Below, piece after piece: positions 62,007 through 64,000 of a DNA stretch of 64,000 nt. Position numbers and translations under genes: made by a program. The notes beneath the pieces are model-generated. The model ran no database searches, was not told the DNA's origin, and saw only the letters and a program-made list of their open reading frames with translations. Positions within the stretch are counted from its first letter, which is position 1; the number at the start of each line of letters is the position of its first letter. The stretch is taken from positions 25,352 to 89,351 of the forward strand of contig JAFUTJ010000015.1 in assembly GCA_017471445.1 (NCBI GenBank), written 5' to 3'. This DNA comes from Alphaproteobacteria bacterium. Lineage in GTDB: Bacteria > Pseudomonadota > Alphaproteobacteria > Rs-D84.

Positions 62007-62907
62007 TAACTTTCCCCTTTAACCATTCAAAAAATGCGCTGTCTATTGTTGTGTTTAATTCTGCAAATTTAATTTGCCGTTGATATTTTTTTGGCAACCG
62101 AACCCAGTCTTTTTCGGTTGTGATTAATTTTGCACTGTGCCGCGCCGCATCATTTATTAATTTTTCAATATCAGATTCCGTATATTGATAATGATCGGCA
62201 AAGACACGCGTACCAACAACATTTGATAACACGGAAAAAAACTTTCTAGGATACCCGATACCTGCAAATGCAAATAATTTTTCACACGCATCATACGGTG
62301 AAACCGTTTGGTTTTCGGCATAGAAAATGGGAATATTTTCCGGTATCTTTACACGCAACATTTTATTACGCGCCCCACGAATTATTATTATCGCATCGGC
62401 ACGGCGAATGGCACGCGGCGTTTCACGCAATGGCCCCGCCGGAATCAAAAAACCATTTCCAATGCCGATATTTTCATCAAAAACCAATATTGAAATTGTT
62501 TTTTTTACACCCGGGTTCTGAAAACCATCATCCATCACAATGGGTGTATCATCTGATTGCCGGTCCAATAACATAACATTGCTTTTGCGGTGACCGGTAT
62601 GCACGGCCAAACCATCACGTGCCAACATTAACGCTTCATCCCCAATGTTTGATGTATTTTTACCAGATTTATACCCACGCATTACAACCGGTGCTTTCAT
62701 GTATTTCGCAATCATGCGCACAATTGGGGTTTTACCAACACCACCCGCCAAAATATTACCAATACATATAACCGCACGACGCGGAACATATGCACGACGT
62801 GCACGAATACGATAAACCATACGTGATATAAAATAATAAACACCGGCAATCGGCGTTAATAAAAACGCCAATATTGTTTTATGCATAAACCAGTATGGTG
62901 TCTTCAT
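61981..62907 (-). CDS. lpxK: Tetraacyldisaccharide 4'-kinase
   Basis: P-loop VICIGNILAGGVGKTP after an N-terminal TM helix. 308 aa. Confidence 0.85.
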   Translation of the reverse strand: MKTPYWFMHKTILAFLLTPIAGVYYFISRMVYRIRARRAYVPRRAVICIGNILAGGVGKTPIVRMIAKYMKAPVVMRGYKSGKNTSNIGDEALMLARDGLAVHTGHRKSNVMLLDRQSDDTPIVMDDGFQNPGVKKTISILVFDENIGIGNGFLIPAGPLRETPRAIRRADAIIIIRGARNKMLRVKIPENIPIFYAENQTVSPYDACEKLFAFAGIGYPRKFFSVLSNVVGTRVFADHYQYTESDIEKLINDAARHSAKLITTEKDWVRLPKKYQRQIKFAELNTTIDSAFFEWLKGKVNGYSNKKN

Positions 62908-63785
62908 TATTTTTTTGCCCGTTTCGCGGCACGTAATGCACGCATTTGCTTCTTAAATTCACTGGCGGTTTGATCTTGTTCAACGGGTGCATGACCAAAT
63001 TCGGCATCCATATCCCGAACCTGACGTACCATGTAATCTTCAATTGTTTTACGAATATTCTCAAATTCTGTGCGGGATGCACGCGCATTAACAAAAACCG
63101 GCGCCCCCACACGACAGGTTATCTTGGAAAATGGCAATGTTATTAAATACCGGTCCCACCGCTGTTGGAACCATGCGCCCGACGATGAAAAACAAACTGG
63201 AATTATCGGCGCACCGGTCATTTTTGCAAAATACAATGCACCGTCCTGAACGCGCAAAGATGGGCCACCCGGGCCATCGGGTGAAATGCACATTGAATAT
63301 TTACCATTGCGTAATACACGCACACCACTGCGTAATACCGATATACCGCCATCCGATGTTGACCCATATATCGGCCGCAGCCCAAACAACCGCTGTAACT
63401 TGGCCATCATGCGACCATCGTGATGACGTGACGCAACGGCGTACGCACGCATTCCACCAATTGCAACAATCGGCGATAACATCATACTGCGCCCGTGCCA
63501 AAATACAAAAATTGCGAGCTTGCGCCGATACTTTAAGAATATATCATAATTTGTGATTTTTTTCCGACATGTAAAATACACAAACCAAATCAGCACGGCC
63601 ATAATTAATGCCACAAACCATTGAATTATACCTGCGCTTAAAATTGGTGTCCAAAATCCTTTCCATATCCGCCGGAACGTCTTGTTATGTATCATTTTAT
63701 TTTCATAATCCTTTATAGTGTGTTTAAGTTTAGCAATAAAATCTGCATTTTTCAAGACCCGCATAAAGAGCGAAACGATAAACAA
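62907..63785 (-). CDS. DUF374-family lysophospholipid-acyltransferase-like protein
   Basis: 292 aa with an N-terminal TM helix. The stop overlaps the lpxK start (ATGA). In alphaproteobacteria DUF374 genes typically precede waaA-lpxK. Confidence 0.65.
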   Translation of the reverse strand: MFIVSLFMRVLKNADFIAKLKHTIKDYENKMIHNKTFRRIWKGFWTPILSAGIIQWFVALIMAVLIWFVYFTCRKKITNYDIFLKYRRKLAIFVFWHGRSMMLSPIVAIGGMRAYAVASRHHDGRMMAKLQRLFGLRPIYGSTSDGGISVLRSGVRVLRNGKYSMCISPDGPGGPSLRVQDGALYFAKMTGAPIIPVCFSSSGAWFQQRWDRYLITLPFSKITCRVGAPVFVNARASRTEFENIRKTIEDYMVRQVRDMDAEFGHAPVEQDQTASEFKKQMRALRAAKRAKK

Positions 63786-63823
63786 TTTACAATTATTAAA
63801 AGTAAATCATACCATAAAATAAG

Positions 63824-63851
63824 TTGACATTACCCAAATATAATATATAAT
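63824..63851 (+). promoter_or_regulatory. Sigma70-type promoter for tRNA-fMet (TTGACA-16-TATAAT)
   Basis: TTGACA at 63824-63829 and TATAAT at 63846-63851. The tRNA 5' end lies 13 nt downstream. Confidence 0.5.
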
Positions 63852-63864
63852 GTGCCCTGTTTAT

Positions 63865-63941
<77 letters not shown>

Positions 63942-63950
63942 AGATTTACA

Positions 63951-63976
63951 AAACCGTCCAAAGGTACGGTTTTTTG
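63951..63976 (+). terminator. Rho-independent terminator after tRNA-fMet
   Basis: AAACCGT, an 8-nt loop, ACGGTTT, then TTTTT. Confidence 0.55.
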
Positions 63977-64000
63977 TTAGATTCCCAATACATACAAAAA

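Overview
This 64 kb window is a chromosomal segment from a compact, moderately AT-rich proteobacterial genome (GC estimated by eye at low to mid 40s %, not computed). Coding is dense. Most genes are housekeeping and support the following calls.

- Translation and RNA modification: gltX (5' part), trmB, rsmI, ysxC, rpmI-rplT-pheS-pheT, ychF, der, rsmE and a pseudouridine synthase.
- Replication, repair and topology: dnaG, topA, gyrB, ung, xth, an AddB-like nuclease and an HhH glycosylase-like gene.
- Envelope and cell shape: mreC-mreD-mrdA-rodA, secD-secF-yajC, lpxC-lpxK-DUF374, a PAP2 phosphatase, an S41 peptidase, and LpoA-like and LpoB-like lipoproteins.
- RNA turnover and nucleoid: pnp, ybaB.
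- RNA genes: one initiator tRNA-fMet (63865-63941); no rRNA, CRISPR array or IS element was seen.

The accessory content is the interesting part.

1. Family A is three paralogous secreted cysteine-rich proteins (4450-5343, 11337-12338, 12404-13207) with ephrin-receptor/furin-like Cys spacing, variable cores and a near-identical C-terminal module of about 100 aa. Each locus is preceded by a conserved, apparently structured 5' leader of about 105 nt that shows compensatory base changes.
2. Family B is two paralogous secreted proteins (27517-28449, 45659-46630) that share an almost DNA-identical N-terminal 115 codons plus a conserved upstream leader of about 200 bp with a long hairpin, but have diverged C-termini.
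3. An isolated four-gene type IVb-pilus/T2SS-like assembly module sits at 55830-60502 (bitopic protein, PilP-like protein, PilB/GspE ATPase, platform protein) with no pilin, secretin or prepilin peptidase nearby.
4. A stand-alone VirD4/TraG coupling-protein gene is co-operonic with two lipoproteins (36062-40206).
5. A small cassette at 2198-4305 contains a SUKH (SMI1/KNR4)-like putative immunity protein.
6. A further Cys-rich secreted protein lies at 49454-50332.

Taxonomy from sequence alone is uncertain: DUF374-lpxK and a COG4321-type RHH protein point to an alphaproteobacterium, while the LpoA/LpoB-like lipoproteins are classically gammaproteobacterial.
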